A stretch of 64,000 nt of DNA from Desulfatiglandales bacterium (lineage in GTDB: Bacteria; Desulfobacterota; DSM-4660; Desulfatiglandales; Desulfatiglandaceae). The position numbers and the translations under genes are program-made. The notes under the pieces were generated by a model. The model made no database searches, was not told where the DNA came from, and saw nothing but the letters and a program-made list of their open reading frames with translations. The DNA is taken from assembly GCA_963662465.1 (NCBI GenBank), contig OY759599.1, positions 7,808,001-7,872,000 on the forward strand. Direction: 5' to 3'. Within the stretch, counting starts at the first letter, position 1. Each line of letters starts with the position of its first letter. Below are positions 50,228 to 60,236 of the stretch, piece by piece.

Positions 50228-50378
50228 TTGAAGGTCAAAGCGGATCAGATTCGAACGCTCGACCAGAAAAGGCTGGTGAAATTCATCGGCTCTCTGATTG
50301 TGCCGGGATGCGGCGGAAATCATTTTGTGAAGCAGCTGCGGTGTGTGGAAGAGGGGCCTGTGATTTCCGGTATTCTGA
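50228..50378 (+). pseudogene. MazF C-terminal fragment joined to an 81-bp DUF6765 fragment
   Basis: KVKADQIRTLDQKRLVKFIGSL, then 50298-50378 is homologous to 12013-12093. Confidence 0.7.
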
Positions 50379-50489
50379 CGGTTTTTCAATGAATTATGGG
50401 TTTCCTTAATCTTCCGTTATCCTCTGTTTTTCAACCGTAAACCGGCAACCGTAAACCGTGAACGGTTAGTTGCTAAGGAGAAACATAAG

Positions 50490-51044
50490 ATGAAAAAAAT
50501 ATTCGTTCTGTTGATGACGGCAGCCCTTCTATTTCCGGTGTGCAATGTTGCGGCTGTCATCAACATCAAACTGGCCGTCGTGACCAAACCCGGTTCGGCC
50601 CAGAACATTGTGGCGGGGAAATTCAAGGAACTCATCGAAAAACGCTCCCATGGGGACATCAGGGTCAAGATCTTTCATTCGGCATCTCTGGGGAACGAAA
50701 CGGAAATTCTTCAGCAGGTTCAGATGAACTCCATTCAGATGGCCATTATTACCGGGGGGCCCTTTGATACCTTCGACCCCATGGCCCGGGTGATCAATTA
50801 CCCATTCCTTTTTAAGAATTATGAAGCGGTGGACAGAATCCTGGACGGGCCCCTGGGGGCCGAACTGTTGAAGCATCTTGAAAGTTCCGGTTTCAAGGGC
50901 CTTTGCTTTTCCGAAAACGGTTTTCGAAATCTCACCAACAGCAAACGGCCGGTCAAAAGCGTCGATGACCTCAAAGGCCTTAAAATCAGGGTCATGAATT
51001 CCGCCATTCACAAAGCCATCTGGCAGTCTCTGGGGGCCAACCCT
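50490..51044 (+). pseudogene. dctP: TRAP substrate-binding protein, 3' part deleted
   Basis: ENGFRNLTNSKRPV..DLKGLKIRV..LGANP, then runs into dctQ sequence out of frame. Confidence 0.82.
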
Positions 51045-51048
51045 CTGG

Positions 51049-51492
51049 ATGGAGTATCTGCTGTTCGGGCTCGGTTTTACCATGACCCTTGTGGTGGCCG
51101 TTCAGGTCCTGTGCCGCTATGCGTTCAATTATTCCCTTTTCTGGTCCGAGGAGCTGGCGCGCTATCTCCTGGTCTGGTTGTCATTCCTGGGCGCTTCGGT
51201 GGCCTATCGCCGCAAGGCCCACCCCGGCATCGATATGTTGCAAGCAAAAATGCCGGATGTTCTCCGGAAATTTTCCATCATCACGGTTCACCTGGCATCT
51301 CTCAGCCTGTTTTTCGTCATGATTTTTTCCGGGTGCCGGTTTGCCTATTTTGTGCGGCTTCAGATATCCCCGGCCCTGTATCTGCCCAAATGGATCGTCT
51401 TCGGCATCGTCCCCATCAGCGGTTTTATTTTGATGATCCATTGTATTCATTTTCTGCTGAAGGACTTGGTCCAGGAACGCCGTGACCACTGA
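51049..51492 (+). CDS. dctQ: TRAP small permease, probably 5'-clipped
   Basis: QVLCRY..WSEELARY..W..FLGA..H. Confidence 0.8.
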   Translation: MEYLLFGLGFTMTLVVAVQVLCRYAFNYSLFWSEELARYLLVWLSFLGASVAYRRKAHPGIDMLQAKMPDVLRKFSIITVHLASLSLFFVMIFSGCRFAYFVRLQISPALYLPKWIVFGIVPISGFILMIHCIHFLLKDLVQERRDH

Positions 51493-52762
51493 GATTCTCA
51501 TCTTATCCCTCCTGTTCCTCTTTGCCATCAATGCTCCCATCGCTATTGCCATCGGCGTGGCTTCTCTGCTGGGGATTCTGATACAGGGAGATTTCCCCAT
51601 GATGATGGTGGTGCAAAAAATGTTCGGCGGCATGGATTCCTTCCACCTGATGGCGGTTCCCCTGTTCATGTTTACCGGGGTCATCATGGAGGCGGGGGGC
51701 ATCAGCCGTAGAATTATCGATTTTGCGGACGCCCTCGTGGGATGGTTGCCCGGCGGACTGGCGGCGGTCACCATTGTTTCGGCCATGTTTTTTGCGGGCA
51801 TCTCCGGTTCGGCCGCCGCTGATGCCGCCGCGGTGGGCGCCATTCTGATCCCGGCCATGAAGAAATCCGGCTACGCGTCCGATTTTGCCGCCGCGGTTCA
51901 GGCTTCAGGCGGTTCTATCGGCGTCATTATTCCACCGTCCATTCCCATGATCATTTTCGGTTTTCTGACCGGCGCCTCCATCGGTCGTCTTTTTGCGGGC
52001 GGTATCCTGCCGGGAATCCTTATCGGCGCGTCCCTGATTGCGGTGGCAACCGTTATTTCACGTAAAAAGGGGTATGCGGCTACAAGGGCCTTTACCCTGA
52101 AGGAAATCGGGTACAGATTTAAAAGGGCGCTGTTGGCACTGGGCGCGCCCGTGATTATTCTGGGCGGCATTCTGATGGGGGTTTTTACGGCTACGGAATC
52201 GGCTGCCGTGGCAGTGGTGTATGCCCTGGGGTTGGGGATGCTGGTTTACCGAAAAATTACCCTCAGAGACCTTTTTCCGCTTTTCAGAGACGGCGCTGTT
52301 ACCTCCGCCATTGTCATGTTTATCATCGCCACGGCATCGGTCTTTAGCTGGATTGCCGCCATGGAGGATATCCCCGCTCGCCTGGCCGGTTCCCTGTTGG
52401 GCATCACCACCCATCCCGTGGGCCTGTTGTTGCTGATTAACGTCATTTTACTCATCGCCGGGGCATTTGTGGAAACCACCGCGGCTTTGATTCTTCTGGT
52501 TCCCATGATCACGGCCATGGCCCCCGCCCTGGGGGTGGATATGATTCAACTGGGGGTTATAGTGGTGACCAATCTGGCCATCGGCATGCTGACCCCGCCC
52601 ATGGGCATCTGCCTGATTGTTTCCGCCTCCATCTCGGGGGATAGCCTCACGGCCATCAGTCGGCGGATTTTACCGTTTCTGGCGGTTCTGCTGGTGGATT
52701 TGTTGATCATCACCTTTTATCCACCCTTGACCCTGTGGCTGGCCGGGATCGTGGCGAAATAG
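51482..52762 (+). CDS. dctM: TRAP large permease
   Basis: AVPLF, FAGISGSAAADAAA, IIPPSIPMI, FTATESA, LTPPMG. Confidence 0.93.
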   Translation: MTTEILILSLLFLFAINAPIAIAIGVASLLGILIQGDFPMMMVVQKMFGGMDSFHLMAVPLFMFTGVIMEAGGISRRIIDFADALVGWLPGGLAAVTIVSAMFFAGISGSAAADAAAVGAILIPAMKKSGYASDFAAAVQASGGSIGVIIPPSIPMIIFGFLTGASIGRLFAGGILPGILIGASLIAVATVISRKKGYAATRAFTLKEIGYRFKRALLALGAPVIILGGILMGVFTATESAAVAVVYALGLGMLVYRKITLRDLFPLFRDGAVTSAIVMFIIATASVFSWIAAMEDIPARLAGSLLGITTHPVGLLLLINVILLIAGAFVETTAALILLVPMITAMAPALGVDMIQLGVIVVTNLAIGMLTPPMGICLIVSASISGDSLTAISRRILPFLAVLLVDLLIITFYPPLTLWLAGIVAK

Positions 52763-52768
52763 AGATAA

Positions 52769-52836
52769 AGTCCCCGATCAGGAACCTTTCATTGAAATGG
52801 CCTTGAAAAAATGATAAAAGTCCTCTATCGGCAATT
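52769..52836 (+). promoter_or_regulatory. Putative HipB operator pair
   Basis: Imperfect palindromes tccccgatcagga and tcctctatcggca, each preceded by aaag, upstream of hipB. Confidence 0.45.
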
Positions 52837-52854
52837 TTTTGCAGGGGCGCTAAG

Positions 52855-53085
52855 TTGAAACCTTCAACAAAAATTAATAATCCTAAAGAACTTGGTCAAT
52901 ATATTCTCAAAGAGCGCAGAAATTTAAAGCTAACCCAAAGAGAGATATCAGAATTTACGGATGTGGGTAGAAAGTTTGTTCTGGAGCTTGAAAAAGGGAA
53001 GGCAACCGCTCAAATCGGTAAAATATTTGAAGTCTTGAACGGACTGGGTCTTGAACTTCACCTGATTAAACGTGGAGATAGTTGA
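52855..53085 (+). CDS. hipB: HipB-like HTH antitoxin
   Basis: LTQREIS..VGRKFVLELEKGK; coupled to hipA. Confidence 0.85.
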   Translation: MKPSTKINNPKELGQYILKERRNLKLTQREISEFTDVGRKFVLELEKGKATAQIGKIFEVLNGLGLELHLIKRGDS

Positions 53086-54335
53086 CCTTGGAAAGACTCA
53101 ATGTTTTTTTTAATCAAAATTTGGTCGGTATTCTCAATCTGGACGACAACCGATTGTTTTCGTTTTCATACGCTGAAAAATGGCTTGGGGCGCCTGACGC
53201 TTTTCCATTATCCATTTCCCTTCCTTTGCAGGATAACGAATTTCCCGATCATAAAGTGAAACCTTTTTTTGCCAATTTACTGCCGGAATCTGCTGCCAGG
53301 GTTTTAATCGCCAAGCGGCTTGGCGTTTCTGAAAAAAATGATTTCCTGCTTCTCAAGTTTCTCGGCGGGGAATGTGCCGGCGCCATAACGCTGCTTCCCG
53401 AGTCAATATTGCCCGAATCTTGCGATCAATATCAGTATCGGCCTCTCTCGGAAGAACAATTGGCTGATCTGATAAAAAATATTCCCAAACGCCCTTTACT
53501 TGCCGGTGAAGAAGGTATTCGCATATCGCTTGCGGGAGCGCAGGACAAACTGGCTCTTTTTTATAAAAACCCCGTATTCAGCATCCCATTAAACGGCGCC
53601 CCCAGTAATTGTATTTTGAAACCGGGTATGGCTGATTTCCACTCCTCCGTTGAAAATGAGTGTTTTTGCATGATGCTTGCCGGTTCTTTAAATCTCAATG
53701 TTCCTTTGGTTAAAATTATCGAAAAAAAGCACAAAAAAGCACTATGGGTCCAACGGTATGATCGATTTTTTGATAATGATGCCCTCATCCGTTTGCACCA
53801 GGAAGACTTTTGTCAGGCCATGGGGCTTTCTCATGAATTGAAGTATCAGGCCGATGGCGGTCCCGATCTTAAGAAATGTTTTGACCTGGTCCGCAAATAT
53901 TCCGCAAATCCGATTAAGGACATGCAGCAGCTTCTAAACTGGGTGTTTTTTAATTATTTGATCGGAAATATGGATGCCCATGCTAAAAATTTATCTTTTT
54001 TGTATCACTCAAAACAAATAAGATTAGCGCCTTTCTATGATATGCTTTGTACCCATATTTATGAGGGTTTGTCTCAAAAACTTGCCATGAAAATAGGGAA
54101 TGAAAACAGGCCGAAATGGATAATGGAAAGACACTGGGAGAGATTTGCGGTCGAGATAAGGGTACGTCCTATGGTTCTAAAAAAGCAATTAACGGATTTT
54201 TGTCATCAAATCATTCACCAGATTGAGGAAACCTATACGAATTTTTCAAACGAATATGAACGAAATGATTTTGTACGGGATATCATATCTGCCATAAAAG
54301 GAAGATCAAAGACGACGCTTGAAAAATTGGGATAA
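53082..54335 (+). CDS. hipA: HipA kinase toxin
   Basis: SLAGAQDK, RYDR, HQEDFCQ, GNMDAHAKN, LAPFYD. Confidence 0.95.
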   Translation: MTLERLNVFFNQNLVGILNLDDNRLFSFSYAEKWLGAPDAFPLSISLPLQDNEFPDHKVKPFFANLLPESAARVLIAKRLGVSEKNDFLLLKFLGGECAGAITLLPESILPESCDQYQYRPLSEEQLADLIKNIPKRPLLAGEEGIRISLAGAQDKLALFYKNPVFSIPLNGAPSNCILKPGMADFHSSVENECFCMMLAGSLNLNVPLVKIIEKKHKKALWVQRYDRFFDNDALIRLHQEDFCQAMGLSHELKYQADGGPDLKKCFDLVRKYSANPIKDMQQLLNWVFFNYLIGNMDAHAKNLSFLYHSKQIRLAPFYDMLCTHIYEGLSQKLAMKIGNENRPKWIMERHWERFAVEIRVRPMVLKKQLTDFCHQIIHQIEETYTNFSNEYERNDFVRDIISAIKGRSKTTLEKLG

Positions 54336-54395
54336 TGCTGGGACTCAGATCTCAACAGATATAAATCTTCCTTCATTAGAAAAGGTTTTAAGGAT

Positions 54396-55226
54396 ATGGA
54401 ACATACCTATTACGATTTTAAGGAAGAACAGCCTGAGATCAAAAGGTTATTAATTGCAATCGATGACTTGAAGGCTCAGATTGATCGTGAAAAGTCTTTG
54501 CATAAGGAGCGTTGGATTGCAATTCAGGAAAAGTTGCGTGTTGATTGGACGTACGATTCCAACGCGATTGAGGGCAGTTCTCTGACAAGGGGTGAAACCC
54601 TGTTCTTTTTGAAAGAGGGTTTGACGGTTGAAGGAAAGCCTTTCAAGGACTTCCTGGATGCCAGAAATCATGCCGAGGCCATTGACTGGCTTTATGACGT
54701 CATCAAAAACAATCGTTCCATTTCCCAGGGACTGATCAAAGAAATCAATGCACTGCTGTTGTCAGGCGTAAAATTTACGCCTGCCATGGATGAAACCGGT
54801 CGGAAAGTGCAAAAACCGGCGAATCCCGGAAAATACAAAGTTCTGCCGAATCATGTTTTGAAAACGGATGGAACGATTCATTTCTATACGGATCCGATTC
54901 ATGTATCCGATGAAATGGAAATTTTATGCCGGTGGATTGAGGAAAATATGGAAAACAGGCATCCCCTTATTACCGGTTCGATCGCCCACTATAATATGGT
55001 TAGAATTCACCCTTTTGACGACGGCAACGGTCGCGGGGCAAGAATCCTGATGAATCTGATTTTAATCAAAAAAGGGTATCCCGTTGCCATTATCAAAAGC
55101 GAAGACCGTCGGAAATATCTTGCCGCATTGAATGCGGCGGACAGGGGTGATATTGATGCTTTCTTCGCATTTACGGCCGATTCCCTGATTGATACTGAGA
55201 ATCTTATTCTTGAAGCAATGGGTTAA
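54396..55226 (+). CDS. Fic-domain protein
   Basis: HPFDDGNGRGAR catalytic motif; SNAIEGS inhibitory-helix-like motif. Confidence 0.93.
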   Translation: MEHTYYDFKEEQPEIKRLLIAIDDLKAQIDREKSLHKERWIAIQEKLRVDWTYDSNAIEGSSLTRGETLFFLKEGLTVEGKPFKDFLDARNHAEAIDWLYDVIKNNRSISQGLIKEINALLLSGVKFTPAMDETGRKVQKPANPGKYKVLPNHVLKTDGTIHFYTDPIHVSDEMEILCRWIEENMENRHPLITGSIAHYNMVRIHPFDDGNGRGARILMNLILIKKGYPVAIIKSEDRRKYLAALNAADRGDIDAFFAFTADSLIDTENLILEAMG

Positions 55227-55266
55227 TCGGGAAACCGGGATGTAACGATCATGCCGATCATAAAAT

Positions 55267-56334
55267 TTAACCCGAAACATAGACCCCCCGTTCCTTGCTC
55301 TTGATTTTCCCCTGTTGTCTGGCCCGGTAGATGACGTTTCGGATTTGGGTTTCGCCAAGTCCGGTTTTTTCCCGGATCATGGCCACGGTAACGCCTTTTT
55401 GGCTGTCTCTCACAATCTCCACCACCGATTCAAATAGCGTTTGGGGTGTTTTGGTTTCCGGCAATGTCTTTTTTGGGGTGGCTTTCTTCGCCGATTTTGA
55501 AGCCAAAACTTTGGTTTTGCTCACCTTTGGTATGGGTTTTGATGGTTTTTTTGTCCCCGCTGTTTTCGTCCCGGTTTTCTTTCTTTTCATTTCGGGGGCG
55601 ATGGGACTTTCCATGTCGATGCCGAACACATCCGCAAGATCCGAATCTTCAATGACCCTTGCGGTTTTCTTTCTGGCCTTATCAAGCAATTCGCGGGTTT
55701 TTTCTTCTATCGCCTCTGAAACCAGGTCCTTCATTTTGACCTGTCTCAGTTTGAAAAAAAGCGCCGGGTCCTGGTCGAGTCTGGCGCCGATCCCATAGAG
55801 GGTGGCGGCCACATGTTTGCACATGGTGGCCGAATCCGGGCAGGAGCAGTCAAACGCAATTTCTTTCGGGGAGGGGAAAAGCCCCTTTCCCCGGGTGGTA
55901 AAAATTTCCCCCAGGGCCTTTGGAAATTTTCCCGCCAAAAGCTCCTGCAATGATTCCAGCTTCCCTTCAGCTGCTGTCTTGAGGTCCCGCCAGGTTTTAT
56001 CTCCCATGGCCTCGATTTGGATCGTTACGGAGTAGGGTCTTGATTCTGATCCCTGGACCAGCGAATCAACTTTGCCGGCGCTTATCTGAAGATCAAGGAC
56101 TGCCCCATGGCGAACGTAACTGCGCCCCCTGCCGATGCGGTTGCTGTAGTCTGCATAGGTTTCAAGGTTTTTGTTCCAGGCCTTTCCCCACCAGGTTTTG
56201 GCAATGGCTTTGCCTTCGATCACAACAGGGTTGATATGGGGGTTTTTTTTCTTGAGCTGTTTGAGTTTTTTCTCGGCCTTTGCTCTCTTTTCCGCTACGC
56301 TGACATAAGGGGGGTAGCTCCAATAACTCATCAT
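55267..56334 (-). CDS. SWIM zinc-finger protein
   Basis: NRIGRGRSY, CSCPD..CKHVAATLYGIG; follows the SNF2 gene. Confidence 0.88.
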   Translation of the reverse strand: MMSYWSYPPYVSVAEKRAKAEKKLKQLKKKNPHINPVVIEGKAIAKTWWGKAWNKNLETYADYSNRIGRGRSYVRHGAVLDLQISAGKVDSLVQGSESRPYSVTIQIEAMGDKTWRDLKTAAEGKLESLQELLAGKFPKALGEIFTTRGKGLFPSPKEIAFDCSCPDSATMCKHVAATLYGIGARLDQDPALFFKLRQVKMKDLVSEAIEEKTRELLDKARKKTARVIEDSDLADVFGIDMESPIAPEMKRKKTGTKTAGTKKPSKPIPKVSKTKVLASKSAKKATPKKTLPETKTPQTLFESVVEIVRDSQKGVTVAMIREKTGLGETQIRNVIYRARQQGKIKSKERGVYVSG

Positions 56335-56362
56335 CGTCTCCCTGTGAATTAAAAATGAAAAT

Positions 56363-59137
56363 TTACAATGACAGTTTAAACATATCCAGGAGTTCATCAT
56401 TTTTCATTTCGGTGATCCAACCATCACCGGTACTCGCAATGATTTCCCGGCTTAATTTGGATTTTTCCTCCAGCATCATGTCAATCTTCTCTTCCACCGT
56501 GCCCTGGGTCAAAAACTTGTGTACCACCACATTTTTCTTCTGACCGATTCTGAAGGCCCTGTCCGTTGCCTGGTTCTCCACGGCGGGGTTCCACCACCGG
56601 TCAAAATGAACCACATGGTTCGCTTCCGTCAGGTTTAAACCGATCCCACCGGCCTTGAGAGATAACACCATGAAGGGGATATAGTCCGCGCTTTGAAATT
56701 GTTCAATAATTTTCTTTCGCTTCCCCACGGCGACGCTGCCGTGCAGAATCAACCCCTCTCGATGAAAAACGGCTGAAAGGAGATCATGGAGGGGTTGGGT
56801 CATTTCCTTGAACTGGGTGAAGACAAGGACCTTCTCTCTCTTTTCATAGATGGTTTCGCAGATTTCACGGAGCCTTTGGAATTTGCCGCTCTCCTTTTCT
56901 TCAAACCCGCCGGTCCCCAGGTATTGATCCGGATGATTACAGATCTGCTTGAACTTCATGAGAGAAGAAAGAATCAAGCCTTTTCGTTGAATCCCCTCCG
57001 CTTCTTTGATGGATCTTCGAATATCACCCACAAGCTTTCCATACAACAGCACCTGTTTTTTGGCAAGGGGGGCATAGGTCTTCATTTCCACCTTTTCGGG
57101 GAGGTCGCTGATGACCGATTTATCGGTCTTGAGTCGCCTCAAAATGTAAGGGCTGATGATGTTGCGCAGTCTGGCGTACCCCGATGCATCACTGTTCAGC
57201 TTTTTTGAAAATTTCTTGAACTCCCCGGCGTTTCCCAGAAGCCCGGGATTCAGAAAGTCAAACAGGGACCAGAGGTCCGACAACCGGTTTTCGATGGGGG
57301 TGCCGGTCATGATGATCCGGTTTTCGGCAATGAGCTTTTTGACGGCTCTGGATTGTTTTGTGCCGGGATTCTTGATGGCCTGGGCCTCGTCTAAAATGAC
57401 GTAGTTCCAGGTATGATCCTGAAGCCACGAATACCGTTGAATCAGGGCATAGGTGGTGATGATGAGATCGAATGCATCCAGGTCCCGGTTTTCAGGCAGA
57501 ACGCCATTTTTAAGACCGGCACCATTTTCAGGAGGGCCGCCATTTTTTAGACCCGCACCATTTTTAAGACCGGCACTGGGATGGGCCACGAAGAACCGGG
57601 TGTCGGGTGAAAATCGCTTGATTTCGTTTTCCCAGTTGGAAATCAGGGAGGCCGGTATGACGAGCAGACTGGCCTTGTTTGACTGACCGGTTTTCCTAAG
57701 ATCCGACTTTATGATATTCAAGAAGCCGAGCACCTGAATGGTCTTCCCCAGCCCCATGTCATCCGCCAGGCAGGCCCCGAATTTTAGGGAATGCAGGAAG
57801 TAGAGCCAGTTCAATCCCTTTTGTTGATAACCCCTGAGTTTGGCGGTGAATGTCTTGTGGGGTTTGATCGATGGGACCAAGGCTGGATCCGCCAGCTTCT
57901 GAATTACCGATTCCAACCACTTGCCGTTGGAGATGCCATGATCAATTTCCTCGGAACTTAACCCCAGAAATCGCTCCGGCATCAGTTGCATCCGCATGGC
58001 TTCGGACAGCGTCAGCCCTTCTTTTTCCATCATGCCCCTGGCTTTTTCATAGGCATCGAGGGTCTGGGTCAATTTTTCCCGGTCTACGGCCACCCATCTG
58101 TTTTTGATGAAGGCGAGCCCGTCCGACTCCGCCAGTAACTGTTTTGCCTCTGCCTCCGAAATCTGGGCGCCGCCTAAAAACAGTTGTGCATCGAAACTCA
58201 AAATGGCATTCATCCCGGCCAAGGAGGGTTTTTTATCTCCCAGGCTGAAATTCAATCGGACGCCGGACTGCTTTCCTTTCCACCAGTTGGGGATTCGGCA
58301 CAAAATGCCCGATTCTTCGTAAATGGGGATTTCTTTAAGAAAAGTGAATGCTTCCCTGGAAGTCCAGCCCAGGGGGTGAAACAGCTCGCCGGTTTGAAGG
58401 AGCTCTCCCATGAGCGGGCTTCTTTTTTCGGCTGTATGCACCGTTGCGAGCAGTTCCAGGAGTTTTTCATCATCATTTTCATATTCCTGTAAAGCGTGCT
58501 TGAGGGGGAGATGTTTCGATTTTCCCTGTCGGTTTAATCTTGTGGTGTAGGTGGCCATGAACGCAAAGGGATAGTCGCTGCTTTTGTTTTCTACCAGGTG
58601 AAAGAAGACCCTGCCCACCAGATGAACATTGGGGCTGTAGGTCCTGATAAAGTCCTCAACGGACCCGTTGTAAGATTGAATGGCTTGGGAAAAGGCCTGG
58701 TTTAAGCGGATCCACACGGTTTCAAGCAGGTCTACCTTGAGATACGCCACGCCGGTCATCATGGGCGCCCAGGTCAGATGGGTTTCCAAATCCTCTTTGG
58801 TTACGGGGATGTTCACCTGGTGGCGGAGGGATTCCAGTTCCGGAATCCGGCATAATTTTGCGGCAAACAATCCGGAAAAACGCCGCCAATAATCAAGGGA
58901 AGGGTGAAGTGGAATCTGTGGATCGGAAAACCCTAAGAAAAGGAGCCACAGGTCGGATTTGTCGGAAAACCGGGTATGGATTTCGTTCTGTAACACCCGG
59001 CTGCTTTCGGGGATGGTATCTTGTGTATCCATCCATTCCAGATGCAGCGTGCCGTTTGGCAGAATCACAAGGTTTAGTTCGGGGGTGGTTTTTTGTTCCA
59101 TTGTAACGCTCATTGCCGGAATTGCATCAGACTTCAA
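56363..59137 (-). CDS. SNF2-family helicase/ATPase
   Basis: LADDMGLGKT, DEAQ, TGTPIEN, GLNLT, WWNPAVENQATDRAFRIGQ. Confidence 0.95.
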   Translation of the reverse strand: MKSDAIPAMSVTMEQKTTPELNLVILPNGTLHLEWMDTQDTIPESSRVLQNEIHTRFSDKSDLWLLFLGFSDPQIPLHPSLDYWRRFSGLFAAKLCRIPELESLRHQVNIPVTKEDLETHLTWAPMMTGVAYLKVDLLETVWIRLNQAFSQAIQSYNGSVEDFIRTYSPNVHLVGRVFFHLVENKSSDYPFAFMATYTTRLNRQGKSKHLPLKHALQEYENDDEKLLELLATVHTAEKRSPLMGELLQTGELFHPLGWTSREAFTFLKEIPIYEESGILCRIPNWWKGKQSGVRLNFSLGDKKPSLAGMNAILSFDAQLFLGGAQISEAEAKQLLAESDGLAFIKNRWVAVDREKLTQTLDAYEKARGMMEKEGLTLSEAMRMQLMPERFLGLSSEEIDHGISNGKWLESVIQKLADPALVPSIKPHKTFTAKLRGYQQKGLNWLYFLHSLKFGACLADDMGLGKTIQVLGFLNIIKSDLRKTGQSNKASLLVIPASLISNWENEIKRFSPDTRFFVAHPSAGLKNGAGLKNGGPPENGAGLKNGVLPENRDLDAFDLIITTYALIQRYSWLQDHTWNYVILDEAQAIKNPGTKQSRAVKKLIAENRIIMTGTPIENRLSDLWSLFDFLNPGLLGNAGEFKKFSKKLNSDASGYARLRNIISPYILRRLKTDKSVISDLPEKVEMKTYAPLAKKQVLLYGKLVGDIRRSIKEAEGIQRKGLILSSLMKFKQICNHPDQYLGTGGFEEKESGKFQRLREICETIYEKREKVLVFTQFKEMTQPLHDLLSAVFHREGLILHGSVAVGKRKKIIEQFQSADYIPFMVLSLKAGGIGLNLTEANHVVHFDRWWNPAVENQATDRAFRIGQKKNVVVHKFLTQGTVEEKIDMMLEEKSKLSREIIASTGDGWITEMKNDELLDMFKLSL
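57489..57576 (-). repeat. Five degenerate 18-bp in-frame repeats (AGLKNG/xxPENG) inside SNF2
   Basis: AGLKNGAGLKNGGPPENGAGLKNGVLPEN. Confidence 0.8.
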
Positions 59138-59426
59138 TTTTTCGCGAACATACCATTTTCACGGATCAGGTCAATGCAAATCTGGAAAAATAAAAATTGT
59201 TGATTTTTAAATTGCAGAAGGGGAAGATGTGGATTCAGAAATGGGTCCATCATCTTGCGGATCTTGAAGGGAAACTATTTAAGAATATGGACATGAGAGG
59301 CTTTTCTCTTGAGGAGAAGGATGACGCCATCAAATTCCTGAAAGGTGCATGACAAATTCAGACGCTATCGTTGTGTGGTGTATGAAAATTTGATTTCTCT
59401 AATTTATAATAAGGAGGCAACCAAAA

Positions 59427-60188
59427 ATGAGTCAACCGATTCGAATTATGCCGTGTATGGACATGCAGAACGGACGGGTCGTCAAGGGTGTGCATTTTGT
59501 GGATATTCGAGATGCCGGCGATCCTGTTCAATGCGCACGGGCCTATTGTGAAAATGGCGCGGACGAACTGGCGCTTTTGGATATTACGGCCACGGTGGAA
59601 GGGAGAGCGACCATGGTCGAGGTCGTTAAAAATGTGGCGGAGGTCTCCACTGTGCCGTTTACTGTCGGCGGAGGCATTTCCGATTTGAAATCCGCCGAGA
59701 TGGTGTTGAGCGCCGGGGCCGATAAAGTGTCAATCAGCAGTGCCGCCTTTCGGAAGCCCGAATTGATCCCCGAACTTGTGAAAACGCTCGGCGCTGATAA
59801 GGTGACAGTGGCCATTGACGTGGATCAGAATGAAGCCATGCCCTCCGGTTACGAAGTCTATATTGATGGCGGACGAACGCCTACGGGTGCGGACGCGGTT
59901 GAATGGGCAAAGCGCGTAGACGGCTTTGGCGTACCGGTTATTCTTCCCACCAGCAAGGCGGGAGATGGTGTTCAGACCGGTTATGATTTGCCGGTTATCA
60001 GGGCCATCAAAGAAGCTGTGTCGGCGGAGGTTGTGGCCTCCGGCGGTGCGGGAACATTGGCGCATTTTTATGACGCTGTTCAAGCGGGGGCCACCATTCT
60101 GCTCGCCGCATCGGTCTTTCATTTTGGGCTCATCGGAATTGGGGAGTTGAAGGATTACCTTCGGGGCCGGAAGGTTAACATCCTTTGA
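59427..60188 (+). CDS. hisF: Imidazole glycerol phosphate synthase cyclase subunit (HisF-like)
   Basis: RIMPCMD..RVVKGV, GADEL..LDITA, VGGGI, ASGGAG, AASVFH. Confidence 0.88.
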   Translation: MSQPIRIMPCMDMQNGRVVKGVHFVDIRDAGDPVQCARAYCENGADELALLDITATVEGRATMVEVVKNVAEVSTVPFTVGGGISDLKSAEMVLSAGADKVSISSAAFRKPELIPELVKTLGADKVTVAIDVDQNEAMPSGYEVYIDGGRTPTGADAVEWAKRVDGFGVPVILPTSKAGDGVQTGYDLPVIRAIKEAVSAEVVASGGAGTLAHFYDAVQAGATILLAASVFHFGLIGIGELKDYLRGRKVNIL

Positions 60189-60236
60189 TATTGGAAGAAT
60201 ATCGGTTTTATGAAAATCTAAGACAGGAGGAAAATC

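Noticed and set aside
56363..59137. SNF2 gene as the missing BREX helicase
   Set aside because: About 23 kb away on the opposite strand and paired with SWIM, a common independent module
59222..59351. Short frame ending MRGFSLEEKDDAIKFLKGA*, vaguely SpoIIAA-like
   Set aside because: Too short and lacks a clear start, so no call is made
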